Below, one piece after another: positions 1-12,531 of a DNA stretch of 64,000 nucleotides. Each line of letters opens with the position of its first letter. The stretch's first letter is position 1. The notes under the pieces are model-generated. The model was not told the origin of the DNA, made no database searches, and saw only the letters and a list, made by a program, of their open reading frames with translations. This DNA is from Eledone cirrhosa (Eukaryota), in contig OZ024746.1 of the NCBI GenBank assembly GCA_964016885.1, positions 42,098,001 through 42,162,000 of the forward strand, read 5' to 3'. A program made the position numbers and the translations under genes.

Positions 1-1037
1 GTTATTATCTATGTCATACGTCTCTAAATCGTCTTCTTTTTCGTCATATACATCTTGAAGGGCTTTCCTAAATTTGTATTTTAGTGAAAGGTCTTTTAGC
101 TTCCAGACCTTTCTTCTCCACACCTTCCTATATGTCTCATTCCATCTCTTGCTTACTGAGCTATCACTAACAACTAACCTATGCTGTGGGGTACATTCTT
201 CCCCAGGGTATGCCTTGGTATTAGACACTATCTGCCTGTCCCGCTGCCTAACTAATAAGAAGTCAATCTGGCTTATGTGCTCACCCACCAGATTTGTAGG
301 TTATTAGGTGATTGGCAGGTTTCTGGAAGTTTGTGTTGCAAATAGTCAATGTACCTGCATCACAAAATTCAAGAAGTCTCACTCCTTCTTCATTTCTTGA
401 ACTGTAACCGTGCCCACCATGTACCCCAGTGTAACCATCCTGGAGCTGTCCAACATGACCATTGAAGTCTCCTGCTAGCATAACGATGTCTCCGTCCTCT
501 GTCATTGTGGTTGTTTGCAAAAGTTGCTCATAAAAACAATCTTTCTCATCTTTGCCTAGGCCTGCATGGGGAGCATAGGCCGAGATGATTGTCAGTAGTC
601 TCCTACCTACAACTAATCTAAGCTTAATTATTCGATTACTAACTCGAACTACCTCTATTGTCTTATTGATCCATTTCTCAGCCAGGAAAATGCCTACTCC
701 CCCTAACCCATCATCCTTACCTACCCAGAATAGCTTATAGCTAAGACGTTTGCCTACGACTAGTCTCGCAGAGGCACCTCTCCATTTCACCTCTTGCACG
801 CAGCACACATCCACCTGCCTTCTCTCCAGCAACTCCGCTATTTCAGCAGATCTACCCCTGAGAGTGCCAACATTAAGTGTTGCAACTCTGAGATGCGACG
901 TCTTCATATTTTGTTGTTGTTCCTATTTGTTGCTGTGCTGATAAGCGTTTTGGCATTGATACACTGGTTGGATGCCCTTCCTAACACCAGCGCCACTTTA
1001 CAGCATGGACTGGGTGCTTTTATTTGTGCCACCAGCA
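1..1037 (-). mobile_element. 5' part of an RTE-clade LINE (5' UTR + apurinic endonuclease domain), runs off the window start
   Basis: ORF 907..281 has APE motifs ATLNVGTL, CCVQE, GVGIFL, ISAYAP, GDFNGHVG, RNEEG, ICNTNF, TY. After a frameshift at ~285 it continues as SQIDFLLV...QHRLVV. Confidence 0.92.
281..907 (-). pseudogene. RTE APE endonuclease domain, frameshifted at ~285
   Basis: 208-aa ORF with the motifs above; the stop is caused by a single-base frameshift and the reading frame resumes downstream. Confidence 0.9.
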
Positions 1038-1219
1038 CATATATATATATATATATATAAATTGGAATAAATGCTCTGAAATAGCGATATATATGTGAAT
1101 ATAGACATAGAATATTCGAAAATATTCTGTATGTTCATAATAAACATTTTGAAGACCTAATCGCTATAGAATAGAATACGTCACGTATTACAATTAGATT
1201 CTCGATAAAAGCAAGGGAA

Positions 1220-1262
1220 GTAATCTACGCGTTTCATTCTCGTTAGAAATCATCAGGACTAC
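1220..1262 (-). ncRNA. Type I minimal hammerhead ribozyme (second minus-strand copy at 1530-1572)
   Basis: Reverse complement reads GTAGTC-CTGATGA-TTTCTAACGAGAAT-GAAA-CGCG-TA-GATTAC. Confidence 0.85.
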
Positions 1263-1839
1263 ATATCCAGTGCTTTTATCGAGAATGACACAGCTAGAGA
1301 CTTATAGAATACTTAGCTGTGTACAGGAACTGGTTTGAAAGAGCGGTTGCCGGTCCGGCAGAAATTAGAAATTGGAATAAATGCTCTGAAATAGCGATAT
1401 ATATGTGAATATAGACATAGAATATTCGAAAATATTCTGTATGTTCATAATAAACATTTTGAAGACCTAATCGCTATAGAATAGAATACGTCACGTATTA
1501 CAATTAGATTCTCGATAAAAGCAAGGGAAGTAATCTACGCGTTTCATTCTCGTTAGAAATCATCAGGACTACATATCCAGTGCTTTTATCGAGAATGACA
1601 CAGCTAGAGACTTATAGAATACGATTAGCGATTAGGTCTTCAAAATGTTTATTATGAACATACAGAATATTTTCGAATATTCTATGTCTATATTCACATA
1701 TATATCGCTATTTCAGAGCATTTATTCCAATTTCTAATTTCTGCCGGACCGGCAACCGCTCTTTCAAACCAGTTCCTGTACACAGCTAAGTATTCTATAA
1801 GTCTCTAGCTGTGTCATTCTCGATAAAAGCACTGGATAT

Positions 1840-1882
1840 GTAGTCCTGATGATTTCTAACGAGAATGAAACGCGTAGATTAC
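1840..1882 (+). ncRNA. Type I minimal hammerhead ribozyme; identical copies start at 2150, 2460, 2770, 3080, 3390
   Basis: Stem I GUAGUC/GAUUAC, core CUGAUGA (1846-1852), stem II UUCU-AACG-AGAA, GAAA (1867-1870), palindromic ACGCGU stem III, predicted cleavage after GUA (1876). Confidence 0.88.
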
Positions 1883-3542
1883 TTCCCTTGCTTTTATCGA
1901 GAATCTAATTGTAATACGTGACGTATTCTATTCTATAGCGATTAGGTCTTCAAAATGTTTATTATGAACATACAGAATATTTTCGAATATTCTATGTCTA
2001 TATTCACATATATATCGCTATTTCAGAGCATTTATTCCAATTTCTAATTTCTGCCGGACCGGCAACCGCTCTTTCAAACCAGTTCCTGTACACAGCTAAG
2101 TATTCTATAAGTCTCTAGCTGTGTCATTCTCGATAAAAGCACTGGATATGTAGTCCTGATGATTTCTAACGAGAATGAAACGCGTAGATTACTTCCCTTG
2201 CTTTTATCGAGAATCTAATTGTAATACGTGACGTATTCTATTCTATAGCGATTAGGTCTTCAAAATGTTTATTATGAACATACAGAATATTTTCGAATAT
2301 TCTATGTCTATATTCACATATATATCGCTATTTCAGAGCATTTATTCCAATTTCTAATTTCTGCCGGACCGGCAACCGCTCTTTCAAACCAGTTCCTGTA
2401 CACAGCTAAGTATTCTATAAGTCTCTAGCTGTGTCATTCTCGATAAAAGCACTGGATATGTAGTCCTGATGATTTCTAACGAGAATGAAACGCGTAGATT
2501 ACTTCCCTTGCTTTTATCGAGAATCTAATTGTAATACGTGACGTATTCTATTCTATAGCGATTAGGTCTTCAAAATGTTTATTATGAACATACAGAATAT
2601 TTTCGAATATTCTATGTCTATATTCACATATATATCGCTATTTCAGAGCATTTATTCCAATTTCTAATTTCTGCCGGACCGGCAACCGCTCTTTCAAACC
2701 AGTTCCTGTACACAGCTAAGTATTCTATAAGTCTCTAGCTGTGTCATTCTCGATAAAAGCACTGGATATGTAGTCCTGATGATTTCTAACGAGAATGAAA
2801 CGCGTAGATTACTTCCCTTGCTTTTATCGAGAATCTAATTGTAATACGTGACGTATTCTATTCTATAGCGATTAGGTCTTCAAAATGTTTATTATGAACA
2901 TACAGAATATTTTCGAATATTCTATGTCTATATTCACATATATATCGCTATTTCAGAGCATTTATTCCAATTTCTAATTTCTGCCGGACCGGCAACCGCT
3001 CTTTCAAACCAGTTCCTGTACACAGCTAAGTATTCTATAAGTCTCTAGCTGTGTCATTCTCGATAAAAGCACTGGATATGTAGTCCTGATGATTTCTAAC
3101 GAGAATGAAACGCGTAGATTACTTCCCTTGCTTTTATCGAGAATCTAATTGTAATACGTGACGTATTCTATTCTATAGCGATTAGGTCTTCAAAATGTTT
3201 ATTATGAACATACAGAATATTTTCGAATATTCTATGTCTATATTCACATATATATCGCTATTTCAGAGCATTTATTCCAATTTCTAATTTCTGCCGGACC
3301 GGCAACCGCTCTTTCAAACCAGTTCCTGTACACAGCTAAGTATTCTATAAGTCTCTAGCTGTGTCATTCTCGATAAAAGCACTGGATATGTAGTCCTGAT
3401 GATTTCTAACGAGAATGAAACGCGTAGATTACTTCCCTTGCTTTTATCGAGAATCTAATTGTAATACGTGGCGTATTCTATTCTATAGCGATTAGGTCTT
3501 CAAAATGTTTATTATGAACATACAGAATATTTTCGAATATTC

Positions 3543-3546
<4 letters not shown>

Positions 3547-3600
<54 letters not shown>
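3547..3600. repeat. (TA)n microsatellite
   Basis: Perfect TA run. Confidence 0.98.
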
Positions 3601-3604
<4 letters not shown>

Positions 3605-5324
3605 AGATTCAGATATTACAACTGGTTGACTATTTTCTTTCTTATTATTAAAGTGCTATCAAAGGTCTGATATAGAATATATGATATAAATGTAGATGTA
3701 GAATATATGATGTAAATGTAGATGTTTTCAAGAACTATTTTCACATTTTATTATGAGATCCCTTATAAGCTTACATCATTTTGGATAGCAAAACAATAAG
3801 TTGTTACTGTTTTATAAAGAAAATTTCAACTGTTTAAATGATCAGATATTATATTTATGTATAATATAGAGTAAGTAAAATACATAGAAATAATGTTCAA
3901 ATTATATAATTAAAAGAACCTGAGAATACTCCCCAAATACATATGCCTATTCTTGTACATTCATAGCTTTGTTTGTTTTAAAGTAACTATATAAATAAAT
4001 ATTCAGTATAACGCCAAAGTTAAAGTTTCCACCCACACACAGCCACCTGAAAATAATTCATCATTTATTTGATTTATAGAAAGAAAAGTTAATTTGAAGA
4101 ATGATTTTATTTTTATTTATCTCATTATAATAAATTGGTGTCACTTTATTGACAACATTTTCCTTTTTTCTTTTAAAATATGAACTGAATTTTGATATCA
4201 GAAATATACTATTTTAAATAAAGCAACTTATCAATTATATTATTCTCTCATTTCCACAGCTGAGACAGTCTCACACAAATATATTCTTGGAGAATATTAC
4301 GCTTGGTTTCTAAAAGTGACTACTAAAATTTGCAATTTACTAGCGCCAAATAGTCTTCTTCTGGGTGTCATGTATTTATAAAATATTTAAATAGACAGAA
4401 ATTCACTGGAGATATTCTTTCGTATATTAGACACATGTATGTAATTTGACTTGACCACATATTTTTCATTTGATAATAATACTTCTTTGTTTTTCTCTCC
4501 CAATAAAATCCTTCGTTGCATAAGATAAATTTTTTAAAGCCATGATATATGAAAGCAAATTGCTTTTCTATTTTCGAACTGCTTCTAAGCATTTCCTTAC
4601 AGCACATTTTAAAAGATAGAGAAAAAAGTAGGTCATAAACAAAACTCCAGTGAATTGTAATGTATTGTATTTGTAAACACAATTAATTTAAACTTACTGA
4701 GATAATAATGTTGTTGTTTTTTTATGGAAATGGCTTAAATTTGAGTTGAACTGTGTTAATCCTAGATTACTGTTACTTTAGTTTGTGGTTCTAAAGAGTT
4801 CATATTAAGTTACTCAAAACAAGTCAATGAATAACAGTTAGAAATGTGTATTGATTTCTAATATTTTTGTTGTATGAATGCAAACATCGATTGATTGACA
4901 ATCGTACTTTCTTACCAAGTCAATCAAAAGTCAATAAAAATTGTTAGTAGTATTAAGTTTTGGTATTAGAAATGCTTATTTCTGAATAACTACTATACTT
5001 CTTGACAAATTTTGATTAAAATTCACTCGTATTTCTGTGGCAAACAAATCACTGAAGATAGTATCCTACAAGGATTTGAGCTCAATAAGATATGTGAACA
5101 ATTATAGGAATTGTGTTTCTTTTTATGAAATTGATTACAAGCAATGACACCGGTCCAAAAAGAAATGAAATCAAAGAAAAAGAAAATAATGATAACAAAG
5201 AGATATAATTCTAATTATTAAAGCAAAGGTAATTGTCTTTCAGAATTTTGTTTGTAACAAGAACAGTCAATTGGATATCAATAATAACAACAACAACAAC
5301 AATAACCATAATAGTAATAATAAT

Positions 5325-5745
5325 AACTGTTTCTATTTTAAGCACAAGGCCAGCAATTTGAAGGGGAGGGAAAAGTCGTTTTAATCGACCCCAGTGCATT
5401 AGTGGTGCTTTATTTTATTGACCCCATAAGGATGAAAGCCAAAGAATCCAGAAATGCAACTCTATGGTGCAAAATAGGGTGTCTGGCGCTCTACTGACTG
5501 CCAATCCAACGCCCTAATAATAATAATAATATTACAATGATAATGATAATAATTGTTTCTGACTTAGGCAAAACGCCAACAATTTGGGGGAGGTGCATTA
5601 CTGGTACTTTATTTTATTGACCCCGTAAAGATGAAAGGCAAAGCTAATTTTGGTGGGATTTGAACTCAAAAAGTAAAGGGCCATAACCCTATGCCATAAG
5701 CATATATTCTTTGATGCCCTATCAATACTACCAATCCACTGCCCT
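5325..5745 (-). mobile_element. Two tandem copies of tRNA-derived SINE family B, embedded in (AAT)n
   Basis: Both carry GGCACAAGGCC...TTTATTTTATTGACCCC..AAGGATGAAAG...CCAATCC, as seen in more than 10 copies in the window. Confidence 0.85.
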
Positions 5746-6499
5746 AATCATAATAATAATAATAATTATAATAATATTAATAGTGAGTATTAGTTATGCA
5801 GAATGCTCTCCTAAGGTAATTTTTCTTTGGTCATATTGCTGATACTCATAATCAACATCCCTATGCACTTTAATTCCTATATATCCATTTTCTATGTCTT
5901 GCTGATTGAGTGGAACATTCTTTGCCGAGGAGGTCTAACATTATTGCAATATTTCCATTGCTTTCACCTGTTGGCTTTAAAGGTGGGATCACTCCTGTCT
6001 GCATCATGTTTATTTTCCAAAAAATTTCAGACAGTTGATTTTATTATAGTTATCTTTCTTTGTTGTTGCTTTTAGATTTTAAACATCCTAGAAAAGAAGA
6101 GATTTTTGTCTATTGGTTGTATGATAAATCTAAGTTTTTCAGCTCATTACACTGCATATGTGAGACTCTAGTGTATGTAACCAAAAGATTCATTCTATAG
6201 CTAGATTGTTTTAAGTATATAAATATACTTCAGAAGACTGAATAATTAGTTTCATGCTGTGTTTCATGTAAAGAGAATTTTATTTCTTTTACAGTTTTTA
6301 CTCTTGCACCAGAATACGAATTAGTTTACTCAAATGTAAACTAATCAGCATTTTGTTTTATATATCTATAAGGTATTATTTTCTCAACAGAATTGCCAGG
6401 TTAAACAGAAGCTGATGAGCAGTAATGATTGCAAAAACCACTTTTTCTGTCAGTAATGCCATTTTGCCAAGAGCTAGTAATATACCCTCATGTTGGCAT

Positions 6500-6537
<38 letters not shown>

Positions 6538-7149
6538 TGTTTAACGTCTATCTTCCTCACTAGCATGGGTTTACTGAATAATAATGGCTCCTCTTAATAT
6601 TATAAGAGAATTTAAGTTATGTATAAACCGTAGGTAGACAAGAAACATTAAATGAAATAGTGGAGCAAATGTCACATCCAGCTAGCTAGATGCATTCATT
6701 TAAATGTTACTGAAAGCCTCAAGCTTGGTGGATGTGAGTATTGCTGCTTGCTTCTTAATTTCATTTCATTCTTCTGTTTATACATAAATCATAGGTGAAC
6801 ATAGGTCAGAATTTGGGATATGCTATGTTCTAGAATAATTCTACAGCATAAAAGATATTGGTTTCACCATTCAAAGAAAAACCTCATCAGTTTCAATGAA
6901 TATCTGATGAAAAACATGAAAGTGTGACTGAACAGGTCTAGCATTATGGATAAGAACATCACTTATATCTTCATCATAATTATTATCGTCATTGTTTAAA
7001 GTTCATTTTCTCTGATAGCCCTTTCTATCATCAACCAATTTACAGAGTGTACTGGCTGCATTTATTCTGTATATCACCTTCCGTATGATATCAGAAGATA
7101 CTGTTGTTACTGGGTTTAGGAGATCAGCTAAGTATGTTTACACCACGTG

Positions 7150-8145
7150 AGGAAGGACTCCTCTGAGGTGCATCTGGAAGCGATGACTAATCTCTTGGAA
7201 GCTAAGGTTACAAGAGCAAATAAAAGAGTTCAAATGTGGCAAGGTTACTGGGGAGGATGAGATTTAGTCTGAGATATTAAAAGCCCTACAGATGCTATTT
7301 ACTGGCTGATTTGGTAGTGTTGGGTGGCCTGGATTTCTGGAAAAGCACCTAAGCAATGGTAATCAGGAGTTACATTTCAAATTTTCAAAAAGAGAAACAA
7401 GAGAGATTGCTCCAATTATAGAATGATCTCCTTGTTAAGCCTCCCCTGTAAAGTCCATGTTAAGTGACTGACAAAGAGTTGTAGGGATATTTCCATGTCT
7501 AAGGTAGATGGTGAACAGTGTGGATTTTCTCCTGGACACAGCACAGCTGACCAAATATTCACACTGCTGTAGGATTTTGAGAAATTGTGGGAATATTGCC
7601 AAGAGTTGTATACTTGTTTCATAGACCCCGAAAAGGCACATGATTGCATATCATGGGACCTGTTGAGGAAGGTTCTGCAGTGTTTGTGTTTGGATAAATG
7701 GTGATGTTGAAATCATTCAATTCATGTATCAAACTCTGCCAAGGATGTGTACTGCCACCTCTCCTGTTCATAAAGTTTATGGACAGGATTGACATGTTCA
7801 GCTGGGTTGGAAGTGGCATCAGCACTGGCAAATTTAGGATCAGTCAGCTGGAATTTACGGACGACATGGTATTATTTAACTCATTAGATGGTGATCTCCA
7901 ACATGCATTGATAAGTTTACTATTGAGTGCTGCATGGCAAAAACAAAAATTAGTGCTGTGAAGACTGAAACACTCGTCCTCTCAAGGAAGCATTTGCAGC
8001 GCACACTACATGTGAAGGTGGTGGAGAAGTTCAAATACCTCAGGGCCATGTTCATGTGTGATGGAAGGCAGGAGGCTGAATAAAGTGTCAAAATTGCATG
8101 AGCTTGTGCTGTAGTACACCAGCTGCCATAGTTGGTCATCAGAAG
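7150..8145 (+). pseudogene. Degenerate RTE LINE reverse transcriptase fragment
   Basis: Remnant motifs NYR.ISLLS.P.KV, QCGF.PG.ST.DQIF, QGCVLPPLLF..FMD, LEFTDD.VL, VEKFKYL across broken frames. Confidence 0.85.
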
Positions 8146-10989
8146 AATACAGATAGGTGTAAAAGCTGGTACTTTATTTTATCGATCTCAGACGGAAGAA
8201 AGGCAAAGTTTGAACTCAGAACATAGACAGACGTAATTAAATACAGCAAAACATTATATCAACACTTAACTGGGCCTTCCTATATACAGTACTTAAGTCT
8301 AATTTGATACTAAATTCTTTACCTTAGATTTGACACTAAATAGTTAATTACCTCTACTCTTTGGCTCCTACCCATTGTCATTTTAATGTTCACTTACTAT
8401 ATATATATTCAACATTTTTAGTCTTATAAGACTTTCAGCAGGGATTCAGCATTTCAGACTCAAGAGAGGGTTACAGAAAATTCATTCAGTTATTTGATCA
8501 TGTCCCTTTACTTTCTGAGTTCAGTTTCCATTGAGGTCATCTTTGCTTTTCCCTCTTCCAAACACAATAAAATAAGTATGAGATAAAGTGGAGGAGTCAA
8601 TAAAATTGACTAAAATCTGCAAGCAGTGCCCCAACATGGCCACAGTCCAATGACTGAAATTGGTGAACGATTATATGCATGCACACACATGCCTCTGTAC
8701 ACATGCCATACACATAAATGTAATTGTATATGTGTGTGCGTGTATGTACCCAATAGAACACAATATGGTCGAGATTTATCTATTGATTATAATGCTAAAA
8801 TTAATATGCTTGCACCCTAATGTCTTATCAGTTTGCATTTAATCAGCAAATGGATTGTTAATTGTGTAATAGGTACGACTGAAGTGCAATGTTGCAATAA
8901 TAAGTGAAACATATGATACATCGGTAACTGACCGTTGTTATGGATGAGTTGATAAAACATCTGGTGAAAACCCCTTTGGACATGATATAAGTGAACACTT
9001 GGCAGTAATTAATTTGCACAAATATGGAAATCTCAAATCAGTGGAATAGTTTTGACTGCTGCAACTTGATTACAAATTAATTGATTTCAACTTTCGAGTG
9101 ACAAGTATGATTAGGCATATAACCCTGTATAGTGTTTAGTTTCATATTTCTTAGAACGTATATTAACTATGCACCTGCAATTGCTACATTTGCATCATAA
9201 AGGTAAATAGTATATTTTATAGAATTGATTCACTTTCTAGTATACCAATACCATTACTACAATCAGCCATCCTATTACATTAAATCATTGTTGTTTTAAA
9301 TTTTTATTTCCATGGCTGAACATATTACATAGATTTATTCTATTTGACATCACCAGCCTTACACTATACACAGTAGTAATCAAAATAAGAATCATGTTAG
9401 CACAAATAGGTTTGTGCATCATATATACAGATAGCAAACAGTTTTATAAAACAAATGTTAGAAAAAAATAGAATGCACTAATTAGCCTGAAAATATACAA
9501 AGGTTGGGTTAATATATGAGTGTTCAATTTTCTTACTGTTTCACTTGGAAATATTTATTAATTTAGAATTGTCACATGGTGTTTATTTTCATAGAAGAGA
9601 AGTAGCAAGATAATAAGATAAGTAAAAATATTGTTGCCAGACAATACTCTACTTGTCACTCCATATTTTAACATAAAACAGGGAAAAAACCATTGCCAGA
9701 ACTTTAGATAAATGAATTGAGAAGCAATGAAAATAAAGCCAAGGCATAGGAGGCATCTTCAAGGAGTGAGGAGATAGATACTCATTGGACGGTTACTCTA
9801 TCTGATACTGTAGAAATAAGAAATGGCAAAAGATGTGGTTTTAAAATGTCATACCATTTTAAATTGAAAATAGAAATGAAATGTCAAAGTATCTTAAATT
9901 GAAAATGCAATTTTTATTTGTAGTCTTTTTAGTAATGTTAAAGTTCTTGTTGATTAACCCTTTCAAGACTGAAGTTAATTTCTGTCTTCAAAATACCTAT
10001 TAAATAAAACACTTCTAATTACAGGTTTTGTTACCATTATATTACCATCAAACTACATAGAATTCAAAAAGAAAGATACGGTTTATTTAGACCTATGTAT
10101 TGGTTGACCGAACTATGTGGAAGCACATGAGAGAGAGAATATCCCTATTCTTGGTTGGTAAACTTAATCTGTAACCTGCATTAGCACTAGCACTTGGCCT
10201 TCAGGTACCTTTAATAGAGTCTACTCCATTATAAGCATTGGGGGTCAGGATTCATTTTTAGAGGATAACATCTTTCCTACCTCCCATCATTCATAGAATT
10301 CCTGAAAAAGTTCATTGATGCTGCTCTTCCTCTGCCATTACAAAAAGACAATACCTACATAGGTTTCCTGTGTTGACCCCATCTTTGATAACTGTCTTTC
10401 TTAAATTATATTATGTTGCTATATGTTATGAGGTTTGTTTCCCTATCATGTTCATTTGAGTGAGTAGTAATTAATTTGGGGAAAGTAAGCTGAATTCCAA
10501 GAACATATATAAAATAAAGTATAATATATGTCGAAAAAATACTTGATAAAATACATTAAGTGACTTGTTTTGTTGTTGTTTAGTATAAGGTTAGTTTTCA
10601 TTCAGTAGAACTATAATAAAAATCATTCTAGCTATGAGACCACCCTGTCAGTCATTTGTGTATATCATACTACATTGAATAATGTTTCCACATTTTTACA
10701 ATAGTAACATGTGATTTGAGGAAGATTTGGGTACCATTTCTAGCAGGTTGAACAATTTCATAGAAGCTCTCTCACAAGCTGCTTGTATTGTCAATACATT
10801 GGACAAGGTTAAGCTATGTAATGTTATTAATGATGTGTTATTGAACACAGAAGAATACAATTTAAAAATCAACCTTGGCAAAAGTTGCAATCAAAATAAA
10901 CATAACAAACCTTTTAATTATTCTGTGCAATATATGTACCACTAAATGTTCAAAGACTGTAAAATTATATGATAAGTTTTGGTAAAACG

Positions 10990-11110
10990 GCCCTTTATGA
11001 TCTGAGTTCAAATCCCACCGAGATTAACTTTGCCTTTCATCCTTACGGGGGTCGATAAAATAAAATACACTGGGGTAATTACTGGCCTTGTGCCAAAAGT
11101 AGAAACAATT
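10990..11110 (+). mobile_element. 5'-truncated SINE family B
   Basis: GAGTTCAAATCCC B-box followed by TTTGCCTTTCATCCTTACGGGGGTCGATAAAATAAA. Confidence 0.85.
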
Positions 11111-11421
11111 ATTTGGATAAAACATTTATTTTCCAGATTAGAATATTTTAGTGTGTGAATAATTGATAAAAACGTTATAGATTCAACCATATTAATTACA
11201 ACCTGTACAAAACTGCTTGAAATTAAAGGGTTTATATTTTAATTAAAATTATGATTGATATTTTGATACAAGAAAAATCATAATATAAAATTCCGGTTAG
11301 TCAATATTTTATTTTTTTGTCAAGTTTTGTTTCAGTTATCAGTAAATAATGAAACTTCTATGTAGTCACTTGACTTTTTAAAATTATCAAATTCCCTCAA
11401 ATTCACTCTCTTTAGAAAATA

Positions 11422-11750
11422 ACATGGCTTAGTGGTTAGAGCATTGGCTTTGCAATCGAAAGCTTGTGAGTTCAATTATCAGACCGGTGATGTGTTGTTT
11501 CCTTGAGCAAGACACTTTATTTCACATTGCTCCAGTTTACTCAGCTGTAGAAATGAGATGATAGGGACCCCAGTCCCTATCATTTCACTGTAAAGTGGTC
11601 GTGGAGGTGCCACGGCAAAAAGGCACCCAGCACTCACTGTAAATGAGGTTGGTGTTAGGAAGGGCATCCAGCTGTAGAAATCAAGCCAGAATCAGTTCCC
11701 ATCCCACCCTTGCAAGCAGGGAAAAAGCGGACGTAAAATGATGAAAATGA
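11422..11750 (+). mobile_element. tRNA-derived SINE family A with RTE-derived tail
   Basis: A-box TGGCTTAGTGG, B-box-like GAGTTCAATT, central GCAAGACACTTTATTTCACATTGCTCCAG, tail GTTAGGAAGGGCATCCAGC...GGACGTAAAATGATG. Confidence 0.9.
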
Positions 11751-11899
11751 AATCATTGATAAACAAGAAGACAAGACGGTCATGGCTGGAATAGCTTTGA
11801 TTATAATATGATCTGCTTAATCAGGAGTGACTTGCAGTTAAAAAACAAATAATACAAAAAGTTGCTAAACACAAATTCATGCAGAGAAAAGGAAGATAA

Positions 11900-12181
11900 A
11901 TAAATACTGGGGATTGCCTGGCCACTTCCTCTTCGCACTGGTTGTTGTTGTGACCTCAGGCATACTTGGATCCTGTACTATTGAGTTCCTCCACAAGATA
12001 GGAACATTGGTGGCCTGTGTGAGGAAGGAGACCCGCGAGGTGGGGTGGCTATTGCAGTGGGTATCGCTAGCCCAGAGCCCAATCACCCATACCCCTCCGC
12101 ATTCATCAGTGATACTAGAGTCCTTGCCATTCCTTTCCGTTTCCGTTTTTTTTAAATATTTCCTTATTTTACATTCCATTC
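11900..12181 (+). mobile_element. 3' fragment of a CRE-like (restriction-like endonuclease) non-LTR retrotransposon
   Basis: Translation F.F..VVV.TSG.LG....FL.KIG......E.RE..WLLQ.VSLA resembles the CRE REL C-terminus. A second copy lies at 14797-15095. Confidence 0.7.
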
Positions 12182-12184
12182 TCT

Positions 12185-12531
12185 GGAGGCACATGGCTTA
12201 GTGGTTAGAGCATTGGCCTTGCAATCGAAAGGTTGTGAGTTCAATTCTCAGACTGGGTGATGTGTTGTTTCTTTGAGCAAGACACTTTATTTCACATTGC
12301 TCCAGTTTACTCAGCTGTAGAAATGAGATGATAGGGACAGGGGTCCAAATCATTCCACTGCAAAGTGGTCATGTAGGTGCCATGGCTAAAAAGCACCCAG
12401 CACTCACTGTAAATGAGGTTGGTGTTAGGAAGGGCATCCAGCTGTAGAAATCAAGCCAGAATCAGTTCCCGTCCCACCCTTGCAAGCAGGGAAAAAGTGG
12501 ACGTAAAATGAAATGATGATGATAATGATGA
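12185..12531 (+). mobile_element. tRNA-derived SINE family A, full length
   Basis: Near-identical to 11422-11750; ends in (ATG)n. Confidence 0.92.

Larger units (their letters stand above)
1059..3547. repeat. 310-bp tandem array with internal inversion (about 1.8 units, then about 6.2 units in the opposite orientation); candidate non-LTR retrozyme
   Basis: Period 310 (ATTGGAATAA at 1061/1371; GTCTCTAGCT at 1801/2111). 1626-3547 is the reverse complement of the 1059-1622 unit. (TA)n lies on both flanks. Confidence 0.97.

Noticed and set aside
1059-3547. CRISPR array or coding repeat
   Set aside because: Whole 310-bp units are identical with no variable spacers, no cas genes and no ORF; the context is eukaryotic.
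12185-12260. tRNA gene
   Set aside because: A/B boxes are present but there is no proper acceptor stem; it continues into the SINE body and is multi-copy.
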